From contig CM074804.1 in the NCBI GenBank assembly GCA_037447605.1, forward strand, positions 372,001 to 436,000: a DNA stretch of 64,000 nt. Reading direction: 5' to 3'. The notes under the pieces are model-generated. The model made no database searches, was not told the DNA's origin, and was given only the letters and a program-made list of their open reading frames with translations. This document shows, piece by piece, positions 30,080 to 42,249 of the stretch (position 1 is its first letter; each line of letters begins with the position of its first letter). Position numbers and translations under genes: made by a program. The DNA comes from Zygnema circumcarinatum SAG 698-1b (taxonomy: Eukaryota > Plantae > Zygnematophyceae).

Positions 30080-32289
30080 GCTCTCTCTCCTCTAGTCTTT
30101 CTCTCCTCTACGCTCTCTCCTCTGCTCATTCCCTCTCTCTCCTTTGCTCTCTCCTGTGCTCTCTCCTCTAGTCTCTCTCTCCTTTGCTCTCACTCCTCTG
30201 CTCACTCTCTTTCTCCTTTGCTCTCTCTCTCGAACGTTGCGCTGATGTGTGAGGAGAAAACGGGGGGGGGGGGAATATCCAAAATGGGGGGGGGCGGGAT
30301 ATTTCAAAACAGGGGGCAGAATAGCCGAAATGGGAGGGTCGGATTTCAAAAAAACAGTGGCGGGATAACCAAAAAGGGGGGCGGTATATAGTTCTCCTTC
30401 TCATATTGGTGTTGTGGAGTTTGGCCCCATTTGAAAAAGTCCACAAAAAGATGAAAACGAATTGTTTCATTCACACAGTTGAACGCGGAATCACCAAATT
30501 CCGTACGGTGCGTGGGAAGCCCGCACATAAATGAAGGCCGCGTGGCGGCCACGTGTGCGTCTGAAAAGGACCTCATAAAGTCAAAATCGTATCATACAGA
30601 ATCCGCAGCCGACATCAGATCGCCAGGCGGGGATATTTGTCGCCTTGATTCACGACAAACGAGGCAGCTGTCGTCAGACGGTGCGACGAATTAACGGCTC
30701 GAGAACCGGAGAACCGGAGAACTTTCCCAGCAGCCACTTGTCCACGTGGCAGGATCCCATTGGATTTTCTGGATCTTCTAAGAAACGCAAGACGGCCTGA
30801 AATCAGTGTGAACAGTACGCATAATAATGGAATTGTCTTTACCCAATCATGGCGCGCCACGCTGGATAGATTGTCACGTGGCAGATCCAGAGTGGTCGAT
30901 TTTGTGCGAGGGTCCCTTAACAACTCTATTGAATGGGTTTAATTTCCGTCGCTGTGGTGTGAACGTCCCCGACAAAGACCATAATATCGCGTCGACATGT
31001 GAACGTCGCAGATCTTCGGATCCGGTCAAAAGGAGTGAAACTTTTGGGTCTCGGCCAGCTTGCAAGGCGAACAAAGGGTACAAACAAATCATTGCGGGAC
31101 GGAAGTCGAATGACGCGTCGCTGGATTGTACGGACCGGAAAAGGGCCAAACGAGCACTCCGCGGGCACGGCACCAATGGGGAGCGCTTTTGGCACCTGCG
31201 AAGAACTTTTGGACTAAACAGTTTTGTCATTTAGGGCCGATCCATGCACAGTTCGATTTTTCTGGCGAATGTCCCGATGTTGAATTGGGACCAATCTTGG
31301 AGAAATTCTCTGGTAGTAGGGCTTGGACAGTGCAGACAAGGGGGGAAGCGGTACGCCAAATTTAGCATGATCACGCGGCCCAAGTTTAAAATTGACGTTG
31401 ACACGAGTCTCCGTCAGAGACATGAACCGCAGATTTGAAGTGACAGGTCCGCCGCGGTTGGCCCCGTCGATAGCGAGCTGTTTGGCGCCCCTACGAATTC
31501 CACCAGCCTGGTCTTGTCCTCTAGCGTACCTCTGGCCAATGGAAAGCTGCCACGACGTAATCACAATCGTGCGAAATCCTTAGCCCTCGGACTAAAGTGT
31601 ACGGCTCCCGCTGGCGACAAAATATCGGCAGCCACGTAACCCTATGCGGTCGCTTTGCCAGCTTTGCCAGCTGGAGGTTTGCAGAAAAGAACAAACTTAT
31701 ATATAGTCAAAGGTTTTGGACGCTTCTGGACACGGTACATCTGGCCAAATCTACCACATTTTGGACGGAAGCGGCTGGCCCATGTACAGCACGTACGGAT
31801 GGCGCCGGGGCGCCGGACGGCGACGTCGGTTGCGGCCGACGGCGACGGGGGACGTGCAGGCAGGGGGAAAGGGAGCGGGAGGGAGCGAGGGAGGGAGAGA
31901 AAGAGGGAGGGGGAGGGATAATTGAGAGAGAGGAGGGATAGGGAGGAGGGAGGGAGAGGGAGAAGGATAAGTGAGAGAACGGAGGGATAGGGAGGAGGGA
32001 GGAGGGAGAGGGAAAAGGATAAGTGCGAGAGAGGAGAGAGAGGGAGGAGGGAGGAGGGAGGAGGGAGGAGGGAGGAGGGAGAGGGAGAGGGAGAAGGATA
32101 AGTGAGAGAGAGGAGTGATAGGTAGGAGGGAGGAGGGAGGAGGGAGAGGGAGAAGGATAAGTGAGAGTGAGGAGGGATAGAGAGGAGGGAGGGAGGTGGG
32201 AGGGAGAGGTAAAGAGGGGGAGAGGGACGAAGAGGTGGGAGAGAAGATCGGTGTTGTAGAGAGAGAGGGAGAGAGAGTGAGCGATAGTG

Positions 32290-35200
32290 ATGGCAGCCCT
32301 CGCGAGCAGACGAGTGGTCCTGGCACTTTGCATCTGCGGGTAAGGCATCCCTCCCAACCCCTCTCATTGGCCATCAAGTAATTACAAGGCGAGGCCACCC
32401 CCCATTGACAGCCTCTCTGTGTCCGCACTTTCGTGGCAGCTTCCTTGCAGTCTCCAGCAGCGCAGCTCCGGCACCCCCTCCCCCCGCCCACTCTCCCTCT
32501 CCCTCCCTCCTCGACACCATTAAGCATCACTTTCTCTCATTCCGTCTCTCCCAAGATCTTCCGCCGACAAACCCTGAACCTTCCCTTAATCCCTTCTTTC
32601 CCCCTCCCCTTCCTCCAGTTCCCTCACCACCCCCTCCCACTCCTGCTCAACCTCCCTCTTTCTCCCCTCCCCTTCCTCCCTCACAGCCCCTGTCTCAACC
32701 TCCCCCTTCTCCCTCTCCTCCACCTCCCTCTCCTTCGCGCTCTCCCCCTCCCCCTTCTCCTCCCCCTCCCTTCCCCCCCCCAGCGTCTCCCCCGAGTCTT
32801 CTCACTCCCCCTCCCTCTCTCCCCACTTCCCTCCCACCCTCTGCTCCCCCGACCTTCCCTCCCCGCTCGCCCCCTCTTCCCCCTCCTCGTCCCCGACCTC
32901 CCCCTCCTCGCAGACCCCCTCCTCGCCCTCTCTCTGCCTCCCCTTCTTTTCCTCCGACACGCCCTCCCCCTAGAACTCCCAATTCCTCTCCTCCTCTTCC
33001 CCCACCTCCTTCTCCTTCGCCTCCCTCACCGCCACCACCCTCTACCCCTCCCCCGAATCCACCCTCTCCCCCTCCCCCCTCTCCTCCCTTTTTCACTCCA
33101 CCGCCCTCTTCCCCTCTCCCTTCTCCTCCCCCTCCCTCTCCCCCGCCCTCTCCACCGGCTTCTTCTCCTCCCCTTTCTCCTCCCCCTCCTCCCCTGACCA
33201 CTTTCCCTCCCCCTTCTCCTCCGCCTCCCTCACCCCCCCCACCCTCTCCCCCTCGATTTCCCACTCCCACACCACCTCCCCCCCTTCTTCTCCCACCCTC
33301 TCCCGCCCCACCCTTCACCCCACGCTCGCCCCCTTCCCCCCCCCCTCGTCCTCGACCTCCCCCCCCTCGCAGACCTCCTCCTCCTCGCCCTACCCCTCCC
33401 TTTCTTCCGTCACGCCCTCCCCCTCAAACCTCCACCTCCTCTCTTCCTCCTCCCTCCCCCCCCCCACCCACTCCTCCCCCCTCTCCCCCCCCACCCACTC
33501 CTCCCCCCTCTCCTCCCTCACCCACTCCTCCCCCCTCTCCTCCCNNNNNNNNNNCTCCCCCCCCTCCCCCTGTGTGTGGAGGAGTTGGAGTATGCTGCTC
33601 CAACACCAATCAGGAGGTGCCACCTGGCACAGCCATGATGCCCTCCACATGGTGGTCAAGCCTCATGCCGCACCGCTCCACAGTAAGCCCCGTCTCCAAG
33701 AAACTAATAATTGACTAAAATAGAATAAAAACATCATAGTAAAAATACGTAGATGTTGTGATCTCATGCCCATCCCTGTTGCTGCTTATTTTCTTCAATC
33801 GATTGTTTATCGTAATTTTGATCTTTCCCCCTCTGTTTTCCTCCTTTTGATCCCAGATCCAAATCCGCGAGCCCAACTGGAACTCGTGGTGGCATCCGTT
33901 GGACGGAGTCAACTGGAACGGAACGGTCGTCGCAAAGTCCAAAACGCAGCCTCCGCTTTCCGTGTTCTTCACCGTTCTCCGTGTCAATTCCACTCATGTA
34001 AACGCTTCTCCCAACCCTTTCGTCCCATAGATCGGTCGTCTTTTTATCTCAACTCCACTCACCCTCCCTTGCCTTGCTCTACATTGACTTGACTTGACTT
34101 AACATAACTCAACGTCCCTTGCCTTTCATCCACTTCGTTGGTCCCTTTCCTTTGACTCCACACGACCTCACATGAAACACTTTGCTTTGCCTTATCTTGA
34201 CTTGACCTGACTTGACTTGACTCTTGACACGACTCGAACCCGCGCAGTTCCAACTCCAAACTGTGAACGGAACGTACATCGTCATAGCACCGGCCGACGC
34301 GAGCAGCTCCATCGCGTACGTGTCGTGCACGGCGGACCCCTCCAACCCCTTCACGCTGTTCTCTGCGGACCCCGTCGCCGGGCGGAAGCAGGCCGTGTAC
34401 CTGAAGGCGGCCAACGGACTCTATGTGAGCGGCAACGGCGACGGCCTGTGGACGTGGGCCACGCGTCCCAGCGCGTGGGAGAAGCACGACATTCTGGAGG
34501 TGACACGTGTCCCGGCCGTACGGGGGCCCAACCTCGGGGGATGGCTCGCCATGGAGCGCTGGATGGCGCCGGACCTCTACCCCGCCCCAAGGGACTTCAA
34601 CGACGGGACTGGGGTGGGTGGGAGGGGGGGGAGAGAGGAGAAGGGGGAGATGGGAGGGAGAGGGATTATAAAAGTAGCAGCGGTGGGGGGGGNNNNNNNN
34701 NNGGGGACGAGTGGGGAGGGGTAGGGGGAGGAAACGAGTGGGAAGGGGAGGAGGAGGGGCAGGGGACGAGTGGGGTGGGAGAGGGGAGACTGGGGGAATG
34801 GGAGGAATGCGGGGGGGAAGGGAGGGGGAGGAGGCAAGAGAGAGGAAGGGGAAGTAGAAGCATGTGAGAGTAGGAGGGGGGGGGGGGGGGAAGGGAGAGG
34901 CGAGAGGGGAAGGGGGCGGAGGGGAAGGGCGGGGGGGGCCGGGGAGGGGGAGGGGCAAGGGGCAAGGGGGGAGAGGACCGAAGAGAGGGAAGGGCGGGAG
35001 GTGGAGGGGGGGGGAAGGGGGTCAGACGGAAGGGTGGAGTGGTAGGAGAGAGGGGGCGGAGAGGTTGGGGGTGAGGGGTAGACGTGGAGAGGACGAGGTG
35101 GTAAGGAAGCTGAAGAAGGACGGGATGAGTTTGGAGAGGAAGGGGATAGCGGGGCAGAGGGGCCCAGGGAGAGGCGAATGGAATAGGAGAGGATCACCGG

Positions 35201-38114
35201 AGGGAGTGAGGGTTTAACGGAAGAGAGAGAGAGGGAGTGAGAGAGAGGGAGTGAGAGAGAGTGAGCGAAAGGAGCGAGGGAGAAGTTTGGATGTACTGAC
35301 TCTATGTTCCGCGCTGGTTGAGGCAGGTCCAATTCCGGTCCATGACAACAAACCGGTGGATGAATGTGGGCTCGGACGGTAGCAAGGTGACCCTCCCTCT
35401 CCTTGTGCCATCTCTCGTTCTCGAGGTCCTCCCCTCCTCACACTCTCCTCTCCCTCTCTCTCGCCCAGTCACTCCCCTTTCCTCTCTCTCTCTCCCCATA
35501 ACATTTTCTTTCTCAACCCGTCAGTTCTCCTCTCCCTTCCCCCGCTCTCTTCCACATTCCCTCTCCCTTGCACTCTCGCTATCTACTCTCTCACTCTCTC
35601 TCGCTTACGTACCCTCACATCTGTGGTCTTTGCAGCTTGTCTGCAAAACAACACGGAATCCGGGCAGTCCTGAAAGCTTTTTTATTTTACGGACGTTGCC
35701 TACTGGTGGGCTGTTTCAGGTGACACGTCATCCCTCGGTTTTTACTTTTTATGTATACACATACATAGGAGAAATTGGAGTTCTATTTTAACCCTTCCGC
35801 AATTCCCTGATAAATCCCCTCGTTCCCCATTGCAGTTCAAAGCAGTAAATTTCCAGTATTTGAGCATGGCTCAAGGAAATGGAATATTTGTCAACGCAGA
35901 CGCACCAACCAATGGGAGCGCGGTACGCCCATTTGACTTTGACTTCGCCTTTGACTTTGACCGGTGACTGGAAGAGTTTGAACTTCAAATTTTGATTTCG
36001 AACACAGCTGCTGTTCAGAAAAAAAATCGTTGGAATCTGCTTTGCCTCCTAAAATTGACATTCTATTAATTTCGTTTATTTTGCTTTGTGTTTGTTCCAT
36101 GTTCCGGAATTCAGGGGATGGAAGATTTTGACTTAGTCTTTAATCCCAAAAATAAGACCAATGTCATGATCAAAGCTCCGAACGGAAATTTCTTGCAAGC
36201 GTGGCCCAACGGCACGGTGACGGCTGACGTCGACCCGAGCACTCTGGACCTATCAGCAGCTGCCACGTGGACAAGCAACCCAGCAGCATTTCTTGTAACG
36301 AAGGTATGACGGATATTTCCATTAACAAGGGCCAGAATTTGATTTTCTTTGATGGGTTTTCTTTCCATTTATGTTGGGCTAAGCCAAAAATAATTGCGAA
36401 GAAATGAAGGAGAGGGTTCAGATGAGAACTTCTACACACGTCTGTCTCGTTGAGCACATGAAGTATCAATAGTGTCATTCGTTTCGGCCTGTTGTGGTCT
36501 GTACTCTTATTATATACTGATCATGGTCTCTCTCCCCTCCCCCCTCTTCCCCCTTTCCTCTCCCCTCTCTCCCCACTCTCCCCCCTCTCCCCACTCTCCT
36601 CTTCCCCCTCTCCTCCCTCTCCTCCCTCTCCTCCCTCTCCCCCTTTCCCCCCCTCTCCCCCCTCCCCCCTCCCCTTTCCCTCCTTCCCCCCCTCCCCCCT
36701 CCCCCCTCTCCCCCATCTCCCCCCTCTCTCCCCCCTCTCTCCCCCCTCTCTCCCCTCTCCCCCCTCCCTCTCCGCCCTCCCTCTCCCTCTCCCCCCCTCC
36801 CCCCCCTCCCTCAGGTCCACGCCGTGAACGGCGAATGGCAGGTGTCGTACGAGCTGGGCGAGGCGGCGAATCGCACGATGACAGCGCACCTCTCGAGCTT
36901 CGTGACGGAGGCCGACTGGGCCTTCCTGAGCCAGGACGGGGCCAACGCGGTGCGCATACCCATTGGGTGGTGGGTCGCCGCGGAGGGTGGCGGCGGCGCG
37001 TTCCCCTTCGCGGCCCAGTACGCGCACTACCTCGACTGGGCCTTCGCGATGGCCCTCAAGTACCGGGTCCGCGTGTGGCTCTCCATCCACGGCGCGCCCG
37101 GGTCGCAGTCGGGGTGGGGCAACACCGGAACGCGTGCGGGCACCATCGAGTTCCCCCTCGCCCTGAACGTGAATCGAACCCTCGACCTCCTCGCGTGGCT
37201 CTGCGCGCGCTACGTGGCCAACCCCCAGTTCCTCGGCCTCGGCCTCGTCAACGAGCCCGCGGCGTGGGGCGTGCCGCGCGCGGTCCTGCAGAGCTACTAC
37301 GCGGCCGCGTACGACCTCGTGCGGACCTTCTCGCAGTGCCTCTACATCTCCATGGAGGCGAGGATCGGGAGCAGCGAGTGGGAGGACACGTACTGGCTCA
37401 TGTTCGACTCGTGGCACACCAATCTCATTCTCGAGATCCACACCTACGACGTGTTCGGCGACTACAGGTTCACCACGGAGGAGGAGATCCTATACGCGCA
37501 GACCGGGCGGCTGAAACAGATCCAGGATCTGCAGGCGGTGAGTGGCACACGGCCACGTGGCCACAAAATCCCCAGCTCCATAGATCCGTAGAATCCCACA
37601 GATTCTAGAGAGTCAGGCTGACGTGACATGTGTGTGTGTGTTTATTGTCGTGTCGGTGTGCCCCCAGCGGCCCGGGCGCACGGTGCTGGTGGGCGAGTTC
37701 TGCAACGCAATGAACGCTCCGGGCACGCGCGAGCAGCAGCGCCGCTTCGCGCTGGCGCAGGTGCAGACCCTCGCGGCGGCGGTCAACGGCTGGTTCTTCT
37801 GGTCGCTCAAACTCAACCGGACGGGTGAGTCCGTGCTCGCACTCGCAGTTCAGTTCAACTGAGCAGATCCAGTCTTCCTGCTTCCAGTTGCCGCCTCACT
37901 GGCTGACCAACGAACCGCCGCATCGTACTGACCAAAACAAATTCAATCACGGACCGACCAAGCAACTGACTAAGTTGACTAATATTTGCTGTTGGTCGAT
38001 GGCTGATATTTCTTCATTTTTTTTTTCGGCGCAGGCTACGCCGAATGGAGCTGGTACAAAAGCCGCGAGAACGGATGGCTGCCGAAGAACCCGGATACGG
38101 GCACCTGGTACTGA
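32290..38114 (+). CDS. Secreted GH5 glucan beta-glucosidase (exo-beta-1,3-glucanase-like) with extensin-like Pro-rich and fascin-like domains, copy A
   Basis: Exons 32290-32339, 32440-33682 (gap at 33545), 34248-34613, 35327-35386, 35636-35719, 35836-35922, 36115-36303, 36815-37537, 37668-37824, 38035-38114. Signal peptide MAALASRRVVLALCICGFLAVSSS; SPPP repeats; RGPNLGGWLAMERW, AVRIPIGWW, GLVNEP (acid/base), EIHTY, VLVGEF (nucleophile), GWFFWSLK. Confidence 0.9.
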
Positions 38115-39441
38115 AACGAAGAAAAGAATAAGTTATTAAGTTTAAAAGGGGGAGCAAGAATGAGCTCAACCCTTTTTTTTTTTTGTGGGTTTCTGTAAGA
38201 AGCACATTTTTAGGCTTTCTTTGAACCGACAGTTGCTTGTCGACTCACCCTTTGCGTGAAACAATTAACTTAGAGAAAGGACCACTTTTTGCGGTCAGAA
38301 CGTTTTGCTGACAAAGTTGATCGATTTTTTTTTAGTTTTGAGAAATTTTGAAGTCACGGTAGTGGTAGAAGAGTAGGACTTGGGGTCTATTTACCAGAGT
38401 TTGTCAGAAGTAGATTCGAAGGCATTTCTTTAAATAATTTAATTATCCAAAATAATTGAAATGTTTAGCATATACTTTTATGAAAAATCTGATGTGTCCT
38501 CCTTTAATTCGCACCACAAGTGGTTTTTTCCTTTTTTGGTCGGAGCCACCCGGGGAAGGTGAGGGCTTTTTATAAACCAATCTCCTCGTGGTTTCTTGGA
38601 TTGCCCCCCCCTTTTTTAGCACCTCCATATCCTCCAAACGGGTATTGGTCGTGATACAGAACCTGTTTTATTCATGTTCTGCAAAAATAAAGACTAAACT
38701 AGGATAATATTGAAAAATAAAATTAATAACCATATAAATATTTTTCTAGCCAAACAAACATTAAATCCCAATAAAATTACACTCACAAGAAATTGTCTCC
38801 TATGTGCTGTGCTATATCGCTTCTACTCGTACATAATGTTCCTGTTTAGGAAGTTAGACAGGGAGGTACCGGAATCATCCATACGTATTGATTTCAACTG
38901 TTCAATCAGCTTGAAGAGCAAAATCCTATTAATACTAAATACATCATCATCATCATCATCATAATAATATTATGGAAAGTGCTATTTACAGTGTCCTTTT
39001 TCTGAATGTAGTGTCCTTTTTCGCTTGGCAGCTTGTACAAAGGATTTTTTTTGCGAAAAATGCTGTTTCATACTTTTCAGAATAAATACAGACCTTTTTT
39101 CGTCGGATGTACGAAGCGCGCGCGTCTACAAGGTATAAGGGCGCAACACGTGGAGCGACATGATTGGTCGCGGCAACATATGACGTGACAAGTATGTTTG
39201 GGACCGTGACGTGACGTTACGAGACGCGACAAAAGTGGAGTCGGCGGACGGCAGTCGGAAATGGCGGGAAAAAAACTGACAGATTTCAAAAACCCCTTTT
39301 AGGGTTTGTCAACGTCTGCCGCACCTCCTTTGTACAGTACTGGTACTTAGTTCTTAGCATGAATGCGGTCATGTTTGATGTAGGAGTCTATAGCTCCGTA
39401 TGTATCAAACGTGTGTATTAATAGAAGAAAATGATGTTTGA

Positions 39442-39946
39442 TTGAACTCACGATGGCAAGGCCATCAAATGTACATGGAGAAAATCGACATAAGGAACCA
39501 AAAGAAGCGGTCACAACGGACATACAATACACTGTATAATACATGCGTACTATACAACATTTAAAAATACAGTGTATTTTTAATGTATTTAACGTATTTT
39601 TTTTATTTTCGTGCTTAGTTGAACAAAGATTGATTATAATATTGAAATTCCAGCACTTGCCAAGTCACGTCACTTGCCAAACATTCAACACGTGTGACTT
39701 GGTCCGTACATGTTGGTACACCCCTTTCGTACATAATTTCCGTACGTATCTATGTTCCAATTGTACGGATGTTAACAGTTGCGTTAAGGTATTATACAGT
39801 GTATAATACAGTATTAATACTGTATTATACACTGTATCGAACCTCAAAGTAACGCAAACTTTCATTGAACTCGCGATGGCGAGGCCATCAAATTTACATG
39901 GATAAAGGCAAAATGTGGAACCACGAAGGACTGGTCACAAAGGACC
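39442..39946. repeat. Structured element: ~80-bp direct repeats enclosing inverted repeats and a perfect 44-bp palindrome
   Basis: Direct repeats at 39442-39520 and 39865-~39946 (first 37 nt match at 34 positions); palindrome ATACAGTGTATAATACAGTATT|AATACTGTATTATACACTGTAT at 39794-39837; inverted partial copy at ~39527-39542. Confidence 0.85.
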
Positions 39947-40165
39947 GAAACACAATAAAACGAAGCTAGGAGCGGAAAACTACGCCTAGGCACAACAACG
40001 CAGCCCTAGAAGCAGCCGCGAAGGTCAGCGATGTGAGGCACGTCGCGAGGAGGGAGCGGCGGAAGTCCACCAACACGGTCACCAACAACTGCAGCACGCC
40101 GAAGTAGCGTAGAAGCGAGGCAACGCTGAAGGGCGACGAAATACGTTGTCGATAANNNNNNNNNN

Positions 40166-40196
<31 letters not shown>

Positions 40197-42249
40197 TTCC
40201 TCAAAGCTCAAAGTGTATAATACGGAGCTACAGTAGGACCGAACATGGGATTGCTCGCATCGTTAGGGCACGGTACGGCAGGTCTAGGGATAGTCTAGGT
40301 CGTAGGTTTGCGGCCTTGACTTACTGTAAATTGTACCAAAGGGGGTGCGCGGAGTGCGCCTGGACGGATTGGAGAGTGGGCGTACGGACGGCGCGCGGAT
40401 TGTACGGACGACGCGGAAGTTTACGGTCGCGGAGATTTGGAAGCGCGAGAGGCAGATTTGCGTGAAGCGACATGATTGGTCGCGACAGCACGCAAATCGC
40501 GGCGTGACGTGACGAAGGGTTCGGCAATGTCGGTGGAGAGCACGTGAGACATTGGAGTGCGCTGATTGGTCGTAAAGCGAGTGTGGAGTACGGAGCGCAA
40601 AGCGGCTGAGTGCGCCGCGAGTGCGCGGAGTACTGACGAGCGGTTCCGATTGGTCGTAGCGCAAGCGAGGAATGCGGAGCGCAAAGTTGCGGCGCGAAAA
40701 CGACAAAGAAATGTCGGCAGCGAATCGAGATGTGCCACGTGGATAACTCGCGTAGTGGGTCCGCTGGCTCGAGCGAACGGCAGAATGGTCGGCGGTGGAG
40801 AACGCTGAGGGCTGGCGAAGCGGCGGAACTGTACGGATGGACGACAACTAGGTCGGTGCCATCGTAGGTTTACGAGGTCGCTATTCGCGCCCACTCAGCC
40901 GAATGCAAGGGCCGGCCGTGACGAGACAATTGTGTCACGTCACATCGCCCTGGTTGCTTAAGATGGAGCAAGCTTGGCTCTCTCACTTACTCTCTCTGAA
41001 TGTTATGCTGCTCTGCCGTTGGTTTTTTAGGAAGAGCAGGCAGAGTATGAGGCCTAGAGGAGTCCGGCCTTTTTTATATGAAGGTCGTGGAGGAACGAGC
41101 TCTCATCATGCTAAGCTTTAGTGAAAGAGTTAGATGGTGTGTCCCTCATATGTTGAGGTAGAGGAGGCGTTCATGGAGGCAAGTAGTGCTTGGCTACTGC
41201 AGTTGGGCTGTAAGCTATCTATCGGAGAATAGGATAGCGCTCATATGTGGAGGAGAATCTAGCATAAGGGATTATGTAGATTTCCTTACGAGCTTGTATT
41301 ACACTCATAAAGTTTAAGGAGTTTTATGGCCGTGGGCTTTCTCCTTATTACTGCATCATTTGTCATGTGAGTCTTCGTGTTGTATTGGCGTGGTGGATGA
41401 GTGCAGGCGACCATTGCATGGGCAGTGTGTTGCTCCACACGAGGAGATCATTGGAGGAGCGTGGAGTTGAGGAGCCGAAACCGTGGAGGAGTTCATGGAG
41501 GAGTTGAAGTGTTTCTTGTAGGTGGTGTATCCGTTGTGCGCACCTAAGGGTGGATGGAAGGCATATAGCGGTGGAAGCGGTATGTGGCCCAAGTAGAAGG
41601 TGAAGGTTTGAGCTTCATCTGAGCATGTATTTATCTTTCCTTGAAGTCTGCCCCTTGCACCAACAAAGTAAAGACAGCGATGATTATTAGAAATATAAAC
41701 TCTATGCATGAATACAGAACTCATAGGATGCATGCCAGCTTGGACAAGCATGAAAATCAAAGAAACCGCGAGGAACGTTGTATAGAAGGCAAGGCTTCTT
41801 TCAATATTCCCCAACGTTATTAGCTCACACAAATACTCAAACCAGCTAGAGAATGGAAGAAACAGGCACATCAACGCTTCTTTTATTTTTAATATTTTAG
41901 ATATCACACGGCCGCTTTTTGAAGCGAGTTCTGAAAATTCTCGTCAATTTTCTAGAAGTAAAATGCGCCATAATCTGCTCTCAAAACAAACCTACTTCCC
42001 ACTTGAAGGGGGCTCAATGCCCAAAACAAAACAACTTAAGAAAAGATAAAAGCACTCGTCGACTACTTCCAATTTCTCGGCACTCTAGAAGATCGATCAT
42101 AGTCCTCTTAACAAAAAAATAAACTTATATATATCTCAGTTGGATAATTGAGGTTGTGGCGGCCTTTGTAGAGGAACCCACAAGAGAAACGGGGTTGAGA
42201 TTCTTCTCGTTCCCCTCTTTAAACTTTTTCTCGTGGCCGCATTCTGGGC

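Noticed and set aside
39966-40155. Minus-strand peptide ...YFVALQRCLASTLLRRAA resembling the C-terminus of RLE-type LINE ORFs
   Set aside because: Too short, cut by a gap, and no RT or endonuclease motif; needs tBLASTn/HMM against a TE library.
40900-41910. Possible decayed retroelement (stop-riddled minus-strand frames; ORF 41356-41907)
   Set aside because: No diagnostic YxDD, integrase or gag motif could be identified by eye.
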